Assembly (NCBI GenBank): GCA_963674825.1
Contig: OY771587.1
Span: forward strand, 1 to 64,000
DNA from: Candidatus Cloacimonadales bacterium
Lineage (GTDB): Bacteria > Cloacimonadota > Cloacimonadia > Cloacimonadales > JAIOQZ01
Reading direction: 5' to 3'
Length of the DNA: 64,000 nt
In this document: positions 19,015 to 29,494 of the stretch, piece after piece
Numbering within the stretch: the stretch's first letter is position 1
Layout: the number at the start of each line of letters is the position of its first letter
Position numbers and translations under genes: made by a program
The notes under the pieces: model-generated
What the model saw: the letters and a program-made list of their open reading frames with translations, nothing else
What the model was told of the DNA's origin: nothing
Database searches by the model: none

Positions 19015-19068
19015 TGAAATCATCTTCTGAATCCGCCCTAGATGCACGTCCGACCCTTCGACTCCGCT
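19015..19068. repeat. Partial copies of two intergenic repeat families
   Basis: tgaaatcatcttctgaat (19015-19032) is identical to 34834-34851; ccttcgactccgct (19055-19068) is identical to part of the 23802-23827 repeat. Confidence 0.6.
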
Positions 19069-19167
19069 AACATGAATTCGCTGCGCAAATGGTTTTCGTT
19101 CTCACTTCGCGAGAACCGAAAAAGGCTTTCGTTCGACCATTTCGTTTTAGCTACGCCAAAGCCGAAA

Positions 19168-22100
19168 TTACTTCATCATCATCATCTTTTTAACGCCAAA
19201 CGGTTTACCGTCCACCTTCATGCGATAGAAATAAATACCCGACGATACAGTATCACCTGCGTCGTTATCACCCTTCCAGATGACGGTCTGACTACCAGCA
19301 TTCAAAAGATCGTTGGCAAGCAGCTTCACTCTTTGACCCCGCACATTGAATACTTCGATAACCACATGGCAGTCCTTCGCCAGGCTGAAACCGATACTCG
19401 TCTCGGGGTTGAAAGGGTTGGGAGAATTGCCGAGGAGAGCGGTGGTATATTCGGGTATCGTTGTATCGTTGGTAGCAGTAGGTATAATTGTATAGGGTTC
19501 GGACTCACCGGTTTGGTAAACTGCATAGATATTGTAAACAAGGTTCCAATAACAATCATAGTCGAAGTAGCATGTCTCTGTCTGTAATTCGACAATGGTC
19601 GTACCATCTCGCTCAATACGGTATCCTAACAGCGAGCGGTTCCCCTCACTTTTGGCCTGTTTGCGCCCGTTGATATTCCGCACATCGGTAACCTCTTCAT
19701 CGAAAGTAATGATACCGCCCGGATATTCAATCGTGATGTTATCGATGAAGAAGGGATAACTCAATCCATCTTCACACACACAATTCCATGCGAGTTTTAC
19801 TTCCTGGTCTGCGAAATTGCTCAGATCAACACAGTACTCCTGCTCAAAAGAGTTCAATCCTTCATCCAACTCACTTGCATCCCAAAGGATATCCCAAGTA
19901 TTCCCGTCATCCTCAGAAATTTTGAGATACATATGTTCGTCTTGATCCGATCCCTCATGACAAATAGACCACCAGGTTACACGGCAGTCTTCCCAGCATG
20001 TGAACGAAGGTGTGATTAGCCACTCGTCCTGCGGATTATCAGAACTCCAAACACCACAATAATAGTTACCCAATGGATCATAATAGGCATCAGAGTAATT
20101 TGTTACTGTGAAGAAGCCAGGTACAAACCATGTATCCTCTTCGCAAATCCCACTGACTTCCCAGCCAGCCGGCATGATTCCCGCTTCAAAATCTTCCGTT
20201 ACGGGTTTAAATGGAGGATACCACCACAAAGACGCTACCGTATAGAAATCCGATCCACACCCTTCTGTCACCGGCAGCAGCAACTCTTCCAATTCAATGT
20301 CCAGGACAACGTGATCGTCTGCGCTGAATTCAAGCACCAGGTTCTCCTGCGTGTAATCGTCGAACCAGGGGAGAACCACGGACAGGTCGTAGATCCCGGG
20401 CCACACAACAGGAAATGTAAGGCTACCATTGGCATTGGCGTGACCAATATAAATATGCTCATCATCTCCGTCCTGGTTTTCCAGGACAACCGAAGCGCCT
20501 GCCGCGCTGTCACCCGAATTGGTCGTCACATTGAGCGTCACAACACCCAACGGTGGACAATGCGAAATGATGTTGGAGGACAAAGCCCCGGTTTCGCCAT
20601 ACTCCGTTTCGTAGAGCATTACAAACTGGATCTCGCCCCAATAGTCTCCCCAATTCTGGTCAACATATGTCGTGTCGTTCTCCGTGAAATCGCCTTCGTA
20701 GATAAAGTTCCACTGAGACGGATCATCATGATACTGATAATCGAACCAGTAGAAAGTCATGTGGGTTGTCATTCTGGAATACCGTGAATGCTCAGGCATC
20801 ACGAAACCATCGATATAGAGCAGGTCTCGCTGCGGTAATCGGTGGGAGGAGATGGAGCGTTCGGGAAAATCCAGCTCGCCGTTGTTTTCACCTACAGCGC
20901 GAATTGCGAAATTAACCGGATAGCCATATTCCTGCGGATCGTGCCAGTCATTTGTACTTGCGGAGTTTGTCACACACTGTGTACCGGGCGTGAAATTATA
21001 CGGAGCACCCTCACCGTCGTCTGTGCCTAACCCAAGAAATCCCTCAGGATAATTGATACCGATATAAAATCCTTCCGGCGCATTGACAGGCGCAGCCAAT
21101 TCGTACGTATTCCATTCGAGATCGGTATTGGCCACATCGGTGACCGAAAAAAGTTCGTTATTGTAGTCCGGCAGGCCGTTTTCATCGAGCCCATAAATAT
21201 ACAGGTCAACCATGTCGTGTGGACCGCCCTCGTCTGTCAGGTACCACTTGATTTCATAGATCTCAGCGTCATTGTAATGAACTGCACCGAGCCTTACATC
21301 GTCACCGCCACTGCCGTATCCGAGTTGGCCAGTGATATAGCCGTCGTCGTACCGGAATACATAATCATCGGGGTAATCATATGTCCAGGACAGAACGACT
21401 TGCTCCTGGTCAGGCGATTCGGTTGCGATCAGGTTGTGCGGAACCACGACCCGGGCATAGAGCATGATCGTCCCAATATCAATATTGATATCCGACACAT
21501 ACATCTCGGTCATATAAGACTGATAGTCAAATTGACCATCGTCGTAGCTTACATCGACGGTATAGATACGGCCTGCGGGGATATCTTCAAACAAGAAATC
21601 GCCTTCGACTGTAATTGCCTCGAAGACATAGGGATAGCTTTCGAGCACTACCACTGCGCCATCAAGTCCCTCATCGGGATTGATATTCGATGTGACATAC
21701 CCGGAAACATTAACCGTGTATAGATAAACAACAGCAGTCACCGGTATCGAATAGCCGTCCGAGTATAATGTCCTGATTCCGTAGGTGTACACACCGTCAG
21801 GAAGATCCACATCTGTAAAAGTCGTATCTGAGACATCAAGCGTGGCGATGATATCATCGTCTCGGGTGATCTCGAAGCCTGTCAGTTCGCGATTTTGTTG
21901 TGGAACACCCCAACTCAGGACAACGTCTCGACCATCGAGGAGCGCAGAAAACCATAATACTTGCGGAAGGGATTCCACCATCAGTAGATCGCCCATATCG
22001 ATATCCGAGCTTCCTATCTCAAGGTAGATTGTATAGGGCAAATATCCATAGACAACTGCATTGACTTCATAGTCTGCAACTTCTTCTACACCGGTGATCG

Positions 22101-22284
22101 AGAAATAGCCATTGGAATCCGTGGATCCCGAGTAGTTTCCATATTGCCCCGTCATGGTTATCTCGACATCGGAAATGCCGGAATCGGGAGTTTCTGAATC
22201 GACGCAGCGACCCGACACAGTGACAGTAGCCAGCAGCGTTGTTGTAAATAGAATCACAGAAAGTGCGATCATAATGCGTATCAT
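19168..22284 (-). CDS. Secreted multidomain surface protein, tandem paralog of 16338-18941
   Basis: GGAGG RBS before ATG 22284; shares FRYDDG.ITGQLGY...KWYLTDEGGPH...LGLGTDDG, TNSG.SAAGA and CTD blocks with its neighbour. Confidence 0.8.
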   Translation of the reverse strand: MIRIMIALSVILFTTTLLATVTVSGRCVDSETPDSGISDVEITMTGQYGNYSGSTDSNGYFSITGVEEVADYEVNAVVYGYLPYTIYLEIGSSDIDMGDLLMVESLPQVLWFSALLDGRDVVLSWGVPQQNRELTGFEITRDDDIIATLDVSDTTFTDVDLPDGVYTYGIRTLYSDGYSIPVTAVVYLYTVNVSGYVTSNINPDEGLDGAVVVLESYPYVFEAITVEGDFLFEDIPAGRIYTVDVSYDDGQFDYQSYMTEMYVSDINIDIGTIMLYARVVVPHNLIATESPDQEQVVLSWTYDYPDDYVFRYDDGYITGQLGYGSGGDDVRLGAVHYNDAEIYEIKWYLTDEGGPHDMVDLYIYGLDENGLPDYNNELFSVTDVANTDLEWNTYELAAPVNAPEGFYIGINYPEGFLGLGTDDGEGAPYNFTPGTQCVTNSASTNDWHDPQEYGYPVNFAIRAVGENNGELDFPERSISSHRLPQRDLLYIDGFVMPEHSRYSRMTTHMTFYWFDYQYHDDPSQWNFIYEGDFTENDTTYVDQNWGDYWGEIQFVMLYETEYGETGALSSNIISHCPPLGVVTLNVTTNSGDSAAGASVVLENQDGDDEHIYIGHANANGSLTFPVVWPGIYDLSVVLPWFDDYTQENLVLEFSADDHVVLDIELEELLLPVTEGCGSDFYTVASLWWYPPFKPVTEDFEAGIMPAGWEVSGICEEDTWFVPGFFTVTNYSDAYYDPLGNYYCGVWSSDNPQDEWLITPSFTCWEDCRVTWWSICHEGSDQDEHMYLKISEDDGNTWDILWDASELDEGLNSFEQEYCVDLSNFADQEVKLAWNCVCEDGLSYPFFIDNITIEYPGGIITFDEEVTDVRNINGRKQAKSEGNRSLLGYRIERDGTTIVELQTETCYFDYDCYWNLVYNIYAVYQTGESEPYTIIPTATNDTTIPEYTTALLGNSPNPFNPETSIGFSLAKDCHVVIEVFNVRGQRVKLLANDLLNAGSQTVIWKGDNDAGDTVSSGIYFYRMKVDGKPFGVKKMMMMK

Positions 22285-22576
22285 ATCAACCTCCAGAGAT
22301 ACCACATTATTGAAAATCTGAAAGAAAACTGCAAGTATTTTTTCTTCAGGCCGTATGGTTAATAATTCTTGTGTCGTTTCGAACGCCGTCTTCGAGACAT
22401 AGCATCAATTGAGAAGAATCGCGAAGCGCGAATTAATTCCGACGAATATTTCATAATTTACGCACTACTCATCAGATACACTCGCGCTCTGAAATCCTAT
22501 CAATTTTTCACGAGAAAAATGTTGCAGAACAGGCATCAAAACATACTATATCAGTAGTATTGGAAGGAGCAAGTGG

Positions 22577-22912
22577 ATGAAGTATTTGCCGGTATCGAAA
22601 TTGGAACCCGGAAACCTCTTAGGGCGAGATGTTATTCTCCCCAATGGCAAGATATTGTTGAAGCAGGGCGCTGAATTGGATGACTATTATATTGAGACAA
22701 TCCGTAAATATGATGTCGAAAGCGTTTGCATAGCGGCGAAGCATGAACTGAAGTTTCAGACTCCATCGGAAGAGGAGATGAATAACCTCAAGAGCATTGC
22801 ACGTGAGCATAAAAAAGACCTCTTCAAGTACGCGTTGACCGACTCGAAGATGAAAGAGTTATATGAAGCGATTGTCGCTCATACGGCCTGGGAGCTGTCA
22901 CGTGAAGAATAG
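22577..22912 (+). CDS. Small protein resembling the N-terminal accessory domain of HD-GYP/HDOD proteins
   Basis: LEPGNLLGRDV..PNGKILLKQGAEL...IETI pattern; AGGAG RBS. Confidence 0.7.
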   Translation: MKYLPVSKLEPGNLLGRDVILPNGKILLKQGAELDDYYIETIRKYDVESVCIAAKHELKFQTPSEEEMNNLKSIAREHKKDLFKYALTDSKMKELYEAIVAHTAWELSREE

Positions 22913-23768
22913 GGCCGAAATCATACAGTATCTGCGTGATCTTGTAGCCGAAGACAAAGATTTCCTAATCCGCACCAGCGGTCTTGTCGGATTTCTCAAC
23001 CTCATCAAGAAAGATCACCTTGAAGCGAAAGAAATGTCGAACTTCATCCAGCGCGATCCAGCCCTGACCATGCTTGCACTCAAGATAGCCAACGCAAGCC
23101 AGTATGGGTTGATCAAGAAAGTAGCCAGCGTCAAACACGCCCTCGCGGTGGTTGGTATCACTCAGATGAAGAAAGCGCTGACGGTAAAACTCTTCCACCA
23201 CGCTTTCAGTAACGAAACCGATCCCGAGATCGACGGCCTCTGGCGGCACTCGCTGGCAGTGGCAATCGCTGCACAACAGCTCAACGCCAAATCCAAAGAT
23301 TTCAAGAAGTACCATGACACGCTGTTTGTCGCAGGCATCCTGCACGATGTAGGTAAGCTGGTCATGCGTGTGTTCCTGAAAAATGAAGTACGCGAAATCC
23401 AAAAAATCCTTGCAAAAGACGAACGGAAGCGGATCCTCAATGCGGAAAAGACAGTTCTCGGCGTAACCCATCAGGATATCGGGGCGTTTTTCGCAAGGGA
23501 ATGGAATCTCCCGCCGATGATCGTCGAGGCGATACGCTACCACCACTTCCCGGATAACGCTACCGAGGATAAGACATTTGTCGGCCTTATCCAGGCTGGA
23601 AACTCAATAGCAACCGGCATGGAGCTTGGCCAGACCGAATCGCCGTATGTCGATCCCATCCCGCGCTGGCTCTGGGGCCAGTGCGATATCAAGGACGAAG
23701 ATTTCCGCACGATCATCCCTAATATCGAGCACCACTACCAGTCAACCATGGCGCTGTTCCTGGGGTAA
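22902..23768 (+). CDS. HDOD-domain signalling protein
   Basis: DPALT..LKIANA, WRHSLAVA, AGILHDVGKL, HQDIG...WNLP...AIRYHH; probable GTG start overlapping the upstream gene. Confidence 0.88.
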   Translation: MKNRAEIIQYLRDLVAEDKDFLIRTSGLVGFLNLIKKDHLEAKEMSNFIQRDPALTMLALKIANASQYGLIKKVASVKHALAVVGITQMKKALTVKLFHHAFSNETDPEIDGLWRHSLAVAIAAQQLNAKSKDFKKYHDTLFVAGILHDVGKLVMRVFLKNEVREIQKILAKDERKRILNAEKTVLGVTHQDIGAFFAREWNLPPMIVEAIRYHHFPDNATEDKTFVGLIQAGNSIATGMELGQTESPYVDPIPRWLWGQCDIKDEDFRTIIPNIEHHYQSTMALFLG

Positions 23769-23790
23769 TTTTTCTGGACTTTGGTAGTAA

Positions 23791-23981
23791 AATAATTGTG
23801 TTCCTTCGACTCCGCTCAGGATGACACAATTATTATATTTCGCAATCCCAGTTAATTCTATCAACCATGTATTCAAGAGCTGTTAGCTCGGCAAAGCATA
23901 AACGCGAATTTATCCTAAGTTCGTGTGCATGACGCTATCAACCGTGTCATCCTGAGCGGAGTCGAAGGACAAACGGTTGAT
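23791..23981. repeat. REP-like inverted pair (perfect 26-bp inverted repeat)
   Basis: tccttcgactccgctcaggatgacac (23802-23827) is the exact reverse complement of gtgtcatcctgagcggagtcgaagga (23944-23969). Confidence 0.85.
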
Positions 23982-24063
23982 TATGACATCATATTATTAG
24001 GACCTACTTACAAATTGATTGACACTTCAAACAACAACCAACTTATCACATTAAGAGGTAATT

Positions 24064-24837
24064 ATGGTTTTTGATCGAGAAGATAAACAGATAATCGATA
24101 ATACTTTGACTCCCGCAGGAAATTTCGATTTCAATGCTCTATTATGCTATGTATCTGGAATTGCAATATCAATTTCTCCAAAAATATTGTCATTGATATT
24201 GACCCCGATTAAAGGTATTCTCGATGAATATTCGACACGCAAGAGAGTTGAGGAAATGAAACATGTTCTACAAATTTTTGTTAATGCAATTAGGCATCTT
24301 GATGATACGAAGCTGAATATAGAATATATTGAATCAACTGATTATCAAATGCAAGTAAAGAAAATACTTCGGATAGTTAAAGAAGAGGAACGCGAACAGA
24401 AACTATCCCAGATCACTTCATTCCTTAATTATCAGCTACAGTGCAACTTACAGACTTTTGAGATTATCGATACCCTAATTGCGCTCCTCGATCAAATCCA
24501 TCCCCAAATTTTGGCTATTCTTACTTCTATGATTATAGAGGCTGATAAGAAAATTCCAAGACCAAGACTTCGACACTTAGTTATAAATCAATCATATAAA
24601 AAAGCTGGACTTGTAAAATTATGGCATGATGCGGGCTTGATTGATCCTAATCTTAATGATGGATCAAGAATTATTGATAATGTGAGCTACCTATTATGCA
24701 TCCTGGAGTCAAACGGGCTAATTGAAGTAATTAGTGCTTCAAGCATCGGTGGAGCCATAGACAAGAAATATCGAATTACCTTATTGGCATTTACTTTAGT
24801 CCAATTCCTGACTAACAGAAATGACTTGTTAGATTAA
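24064..24837 (+). CDS. AT-rich hypothetical protein, possible C-terminal winged helix
   Basis: 257-codon ORF with GAGGT RBS; visibly more AT-rich than flanks; LESNGLIE...YRIT ending. Confidence 0.7.
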   Translation: MVFDREDKQIIDNTLTPAGNFDFNALLCYVSGIAISISPKILSLILTPIKGILDEYSTRKRVEEMKHVLQIFVNAIRHLDDTKLNIEYIESTDYQMQVKKILRIVKEEEREQKLSQITSFLNYQLQCNLQTFEIIDTLIALLDQIHPQILAILTSMIIEADKKIPRPRLRHLVINQSYKKAGLVKLWHDAGLIDPNLNDGSRIIDNVSYLLCILESNGLIEVISASSIGGAIDKKYRITLLAFTLVQFLTNRNDLLD

Positions 24838-25008
24838 TTGATAAAATCCTCATGGAATTCATTTCGTTGAAATACAAGATGTCCTCTTCTAACCTCCTTG
24901 CCCCACCTCTCTATCCGCTTATATTTCAACTGAAGCGCGAAAAAACCTTTACAAGAAAGTGGCGGATTATTTTCTTGCGCTGTAAAAAAACTGAAAAGGA
25001 GGTGTCAA

Positions 25009-25278
25009 ATGGCACTGAACACCGAGGCCAAAGTGGCGATTATGGCAGAGTTCAAACTCCATGATTCCGATACCGGCTCACCAGAAGTACAGATCGCGCT
25101 TCTCTCGCACCGTATCAAAGATATCACGGAACACTTGAAAGTTCATTCAAAGGACTTCCACACCCGCAGGGGTCTTCTTCAAATGATTGGTAAGCGCAGA
25201 CGCTTACTCAACTACCTGCAGAAGAAAGATATTGAACGCTACCGACAAATTATCAAAGCCCTGGGCTTGAGAAAGTAA
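25009..25278 (+). CDS. rpsO: 30S ribosomal protein S15
   Basis: [15 protein letters not shown]...[10 protein letters not shown]...RRRLLNYL...LGLRK. Confidence 0.98.
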   Translation: MALNTEAKVAIMAEFKLHDSDTGSPEVQIALLSHRIKDITEHLKVHSKDFHTRRGLLQMIGKRRRLLNYLQKKDIERYRQIIKALGLRK

Positions 25279-25285
25279 TAATCTC

Positions 25286-25326
25286 GGGAGGGATATCCAC
25301 TCGATATCCCTCCTTTTACTTTTTTT
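25286..25326 (+). terminator. rpsO terminator
   Basis: ggagggatatc-cactc-gatatccctcc hairpin followed by T runs. Confidence 0.85.
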
Positions 25327-25344
25327 CGATCTTTGAAAACCTTC

Positions 25345-25413
25345 CGTGGAGAGCCTTGAGCAATACGCTGAAGCTGAATGAGCGGCTTGAGCCTATTGCT
25401 TCAGACCTCCACG
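25345..25413 (+). promoter_or_regulatory. Long irregular hairpin in the pnp leader (probable RNase III site)
   Basis: Pairings cgtggag/ctccacg, tgagcaata/tattgcttca, gctgaagctg/cggcttgagc. Confidence 0.6.
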
Positions 25414-25442
25414 TACAAGTCTGGAAAAATAAGGAAAACACG

Positions 25443-27746
25443 ATGTTTAATATCGTACGCAAATCAATGGAACTGGCAGGGAGAACCCTGACCCTCGAGA
25501 CCGGCAGAATGGCAAAGCAAGCCAATGGCTCTGTCCTGGTCACCTATGGCGAAACCGTAATGCTGGTTACCGCCACTGCATCGAAAGAAGCCCGTGAAGG
25601 CACCGACTTCTTCCCTCTTATCGTTGACTTCAACGAAAAAATGTACGCTTCCGGCAAGATCCCGGGTGGATTCATCAAGCGTGAAGCCAAACCTTCAACC
25701 GTTGCAACACTCTGGGCACGCCTCATCGACCGTTCTATCCGGCCGCTTTTCCCGGATGGATTCCGCAACGAAGTACAGATTGTGGTTACAACCCTCTCCT
25801 ACGACGAGACCTGTGACCCCGGCTGCCTTGGTATCCTTGGCGCATCCGCCGCACTCGGTATCTCCGATATTCCGTTCCACGGCCCCATCGCTGGCGCTGC
25901 TGTGGGTGAGATCGACGGCGAGCTGAAGCTTTACCCCACCGATGAAGAAATCCAACGTGCAACCATCGACCTCTCGGTCGCCGGTTCCGAAACCTCGATC
26001 GTTATGATCGAATCCGGTGCTACCGAAGCTACGGAAGACCGCATGGTCGAATGCGTCTATTTCGGTCATGAAAACATCAAGAAGATGATTGAACTGCAGA
26101 AGGAATTCATCTCTGAATGTGGCAAAGAAAAGATGGATTTCACCGTGGACCTGGTCCCCGAAGAACTGATCAACAGCATCGACGGACAGTATGGCGAGCG
26201 CATCAAAGAAGCAGCTCACATCCTTGGCAAACTCGAACGCCAGAACGCTTTCGACGATCTCCAGAAAGAGATGCTCGAGAAATTTAAAGAAGAACTCGAA
26301 GAAGCCGAATACGAAGAGAAAGTTCGCTATCTCAAGAACGGCTTCCACGACCTTATTAAAAAGTACGTCCGTTCCGCGATCCTTAAGGATCACCATCGCG
26401 CAGATGGACGCGGCCTGGACGATATCCGCCCGATCACCTGCGAAGTTGACGTTATCCCGCGCGTACACGGTTCTGCACTGTTTACCCGTGGTGAAACCCA
26501 GGCTCTGGGCGCAATCACCCTCGGTTCGGTTGGCGATGAAAAGATCATCGACGGCCTCAGCGAAGAATACCGCAAACATTTCTTCCTGCACTACAACTTC
26601 CCGCCCTTCAGCGTTGGCGAAGTTGGCTTCATGAGAGGCCCGGGAAGACGCGAACTCGGCCACGGAATGCTGGCTGAACGCGGACTCCAGCCGATGGTTC
26701 CTTCGAAAGAAGACTTCCCCTACACCATCCGTGTGGTATCGGAAATTCTCGAATCGAACGGATCGTCCTCCATGGCGACTGTCTGCGCCGGGACCCTGGC
26801 GATGATGGCTGCCGGCGTGCCGATGAAGAAACCGGTTGCCGGTATCGCAAACGGCCTGATCATGGACGACGGCGAATATGTCGTTCTGACCGACATCATG
26901 GGCCTGGAAGATCACCTCGGCGACATGGACTTCAAGGTCACCGGTACCCGCGACGGTATCACTGCCATGCAGATGGATATCAAGATCGAAGGTATCACCA
27001 AAGATATCATGACCATCGCACTTACCAAAGCCAAAGCAGCGCGCCTGTTCATCCTCGACAAAATCGCTGAAGTGATTCCGGAACCGCGTAAGGACCTCTC
27101 GGCCCACGCACCGCGCATCGAATCTTTCACCATCGACACCAACAGAATCGGAGAGGTAATTGGACCATCCGGCAAAATGATCAAATCCATTATCGAGAAG
27201 ACTGGTGTTCAGATCAACATCGAAGATGACGGAACCGTTTCAATCATGTCACAAGATGGTGACAGCATGATGGAAGCTCGTCGCATCATCGAAAATATCG
27301 TCTTTGGACCGCAATACGACACGATTTACGAAGGTGTTATCACCCGCATCGAATCGTACGGCGTTTTCGTGAAAATCATGGACGGACTGAAAGAAGGTAT
27401 GGTTCATATCTCCAACATGGACACCTGCCGCATCAATCAGCCTACCGACCTCGTCAAAATGGGCGACACCGTGAAAACCAAGTTCATCGGTGCTGAGAAG
27501 GGCAAGATCGCGCTCTCCATGAAAGGCATTCCGGGAAACCCCAGCAAAGCCGACGATCCCGATTATAAGATCGAGCGCAGCAATAACGGCGGTGGCGGCG
27601 GACGCAGAGACGACCGTCGTGACGACCGCAGAGACGGACGCCGTGACGAACGCAGAGACGGACGTCGCGATGATCGCCGTGACGACCGTAGAGGCGGACG
27701 TGACGATCACAGAGGTGACAACCGGAATCGCAGACGCTACGAATAA
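25443..27746 (+). CDS. pnp: Polyribonucleotide nucleotidyltransferase with an R/D-rich repeat tail
   Basis: [55 protein letters not shown] and S1 domains; start taken at ATG 25443. Confidence 0.98.
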   Translation: MFNIVRKSMELAGRTLTLETGRMAKQANGSVLVTYGETVMLVTATASKEAREGTDFFPLIVDFNEKMYASGKIPGGFIKREAKPSTVATLWARLIDRSIRPLFPDGFRNEVQIVVTTLSYDETCDPGCLGILGASAALGISDIPFHGPIAGAAVGEIDGELKLYPTDEEIQRATIDLSVAGSETSIVMIESGATEATEDRMVECVYFGHENIKKMIELQKEFISECGKEKMDFTVDLVPEELINSIDGQYGERIKEAAHILGKLERQNAFDDLQKEMLEKFKEELEEAEYEEKVRYLKNGFHDLIKKYVRSAILKDHHRADGRGLDDIRPITCEVDVIPRVHGSALFTRGETQALGAITLGSVGDEKIIDGLSEEYRKHFFLHYNFPPFSVGEVGFMRGPGRRELGHGMLAERGLQPMVPSKEDFPYTIRVVSEILESNGSSSMATVCAGTLAMMAAGVPMKKPVAGIANGLIMDDGEYVVLTDIMGLEDHLGDMDFKVTGTRDGITAMQMDIKIEGITKDIMTIALTKAKAARLFILDKIAEVIPEPRKDLSAHAPRIESFTIDTNRIGEVIGPSGKMIKSIIEKTGVQINIEDDGTVSIMSQDGDSMMEARRIIENIVFGPQYDTIYEGVITRIESYGVFVKIMDGLKEGMVHISNMDTCRINQPTDLVKMGDTVKTKFIGAEKGKIALSMKGIPGNPSKADDPDYKIERSNNGGGGGRRDDRRDDRRDGRRDERRDGRRDDRRDDRRGGRDDHRGDNRNRRRYE

Positions 27747-27757
27747 AGGATTGCACT

Positions 27758-29161
27758 ATGGATTACAAGATTGCCGATATCAATCTTGCCGACTTCGGTC
27801 GCAAAGAGATTGAACTCGCTGAAGTGGAGATGCCGGGATTGATGGCGCTCCGCGAAAAATTTCAAGATCAGAAACCGTTGAAGGGTGCCCGGATAACGGG
27901 CAGCCTTCATATGACCATACAAACAGCCGTGCTAATCGAGACGCTCAAAGCGCTTGGTGCGGATGTGCGCTGGGCAAGCTGCAACATCTTCTCCACTCAA
28001 GACCACGCGGCCGCAGCCATTGCGAAATCGGGCACTCCCGTCTTCGCATGGAAAGGCGAGACGCTGGAAGAATACTGGTGGTGCACGAAACAGGCTTTGC
28101 TTTTCGGTGAAAAGGGTCCGGATCAGATCGTCGATGACGGTGGTGACGCGACTCTTTATATCCTCGAAGGATGCAAGCTTGAAGAGCAGTACGAGAAGAC
28201 GGGTAAGCTCCCCGAACCAGTCACCAGCAGTCGCGAATTCGCTATTCTGCAAAAGCTTATCATAGGCGATTTAAAGGAATACCCGAACCGCTGGCGCACC
28301 ATCGCGAAGAACCTTCGCGGTGTCAGCGAAGAGACCACCACCGGTGTCCATAGGCTCTATCAGTATATGGAACGAGGCGAGCTCCTATTCCCGGCGTTCA
28401 ACGTGAACGACTCGGTGACCAAGAGCAAATTCGACAACCTCTACGGTTGTCGCGAATCGCTCGCTGACGGTATCAAACGTGGTACCGACGTGATGGTAGC
28501 AGGTAAGGTCGTGGTTGTCTGTGGATACGGCGACGTCGGCAAGGGCTGTGCCCAATCCATGCGTGGCTTCGGCGCACGCGTAATCATCAATGAGATCGAT
28601 CCCATTTGCGCGCTTCAGGCTGCGATGGAAGGCTACGAAGTCAAGCCGATCGAAGACGCGCTCACTGTCGCCGATATCGTTGTTACCGCTACCGGTAACC
28701 GTGACGTCGTGACTGTCGATCACATGATGAAGATGAAAGATAAAGCGATCGTCTGCAACATCGGGCATTTCGACAACGAAATTCAGGTGGACGCACTTCT
28801 GGCAACAGATGGCGTGCAGAAGATCAACATAAAGCCGCAGGTCGATGAAATTCGCATGCCGGATGGCCATTGCATCATCCTTCTTTCTGAAGGACGACTG
28901 GTCAATCTCGGTAACGCGACAGGACATCCTTCGTTTGTTATGAGTAACTCCTTTACTAATCAGGTTCTGGCTCAGCTCGAACTCTGGCAGAAGGATTACG
29001 AGAACGAAGTGTACCGCCTTCCCAAGCACCTGGACGAAGAAGTCGCACGTCTGCATCTCGCCAAGCTCGGCGTGAAGCTGACAAAGCTTTCCCAGGATCA
29101 AGCCGATTACATCGGCGTGCCGGTAGAAGGCCCATACAAGCCTGAGCATTATCGTTATTGA
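27758..29161 (+). CDS. ahcY: Adenosylhomocysteinase
   Basis: [56 protein letters not shown]. Confidence 0.98.
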   Translation: MDYKIADINLADFGRKEIELAEVEMPGLMALREKFQDQKPLKGARITGSLHMTIQTAVLIETLKALGADVRWASCNIFSTQDHAAAAIAKSGTPVFAWKGETLEEYWWCTKQALLFGEKGPDQIVDDGGDATLYILEGCKLEEQYEKTGKLPEPVTSSREFAILQKLIIGDLKEYPNRWRTIAKNLRGVSEETTTGVHRLYQYMERGELLFPAFNVNDSVTKSKFDNLYGCRESLADGIKRGTDVMVAGKVVVVCGYGDVGKGCAQSMRGFGARVIINEIDPICALQAAMEGYEVKPIEDALTVADIVVTATGNRDVVTVDHMMKMKDKAIVCNIGHFDNEIQVDALLATDGVQKINIKPQVDEIRMPDGHCIILLSEGRLVNLGNATGHPSFVMSNSFTNQVLAQLELWQKDYENEVYRLPKHLDEEVARLHLAKLGVKLTKLSQDQADYIGVPVEGPYKPEHYRY

Positions 29162-29170
29162 TCTATAAGC

Positions 29171-29396
29171 CTAACTTCTGAATGTGCCGCTACGGCTCTT
29201 ACGAATATCTGGTTAAAGGTTTTCCGAGACCACAATTCGAAAGAGTCTCAGCGTGACGCATTCAGAAGTTGGTTTCTATAGGAACCGATGATTTCAAAGA
29301 GTCGGTTTCCATAAAAACTGAAGGTAGATAGATAATACCCGTGAGAAATCAGCATTCGGAAGAGTCACTGCCAGACACATTCAGAAGATGATTTCA
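29171..29396. repeat. Three copies of a bipartite intergenic repeat ATTCGGAAGAG-N9-15-CACATTCAGAAGWTGATTTC
   Basis: Copies at 29171-29206 (-), 29235-29276 (+) and 29354-29396 (+); the first two form an inverted pair. Confidence 0.72.
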
Positions 29397-29494
29397 CGAA
29401 AAAGTGTTATCTTGTGCGACGCGATGCGTTGTATGAAAAGACGACACGAAAAACAAAATACTCATACAATAAATACATGATGTAAGGAGTCAGA

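Noticed and set aside
16338..19440. Similar 3' ends of the two surface-protein genes as a DGR template/variable repeat pair
   Set aside because: Differences are mostly at synonymous positions and not adenine-specific; both copies are coding; no reverse transcriptase is present.
25695..27107. 470-aa antisense ORF, and similar long ones at 3362-4573, 31603-32508, 49727-50521 and 62593-63909
   Set aside because: They lie opposite well-supported genes, have no recognisable motifs, and are expected shadows of strong codon bias.
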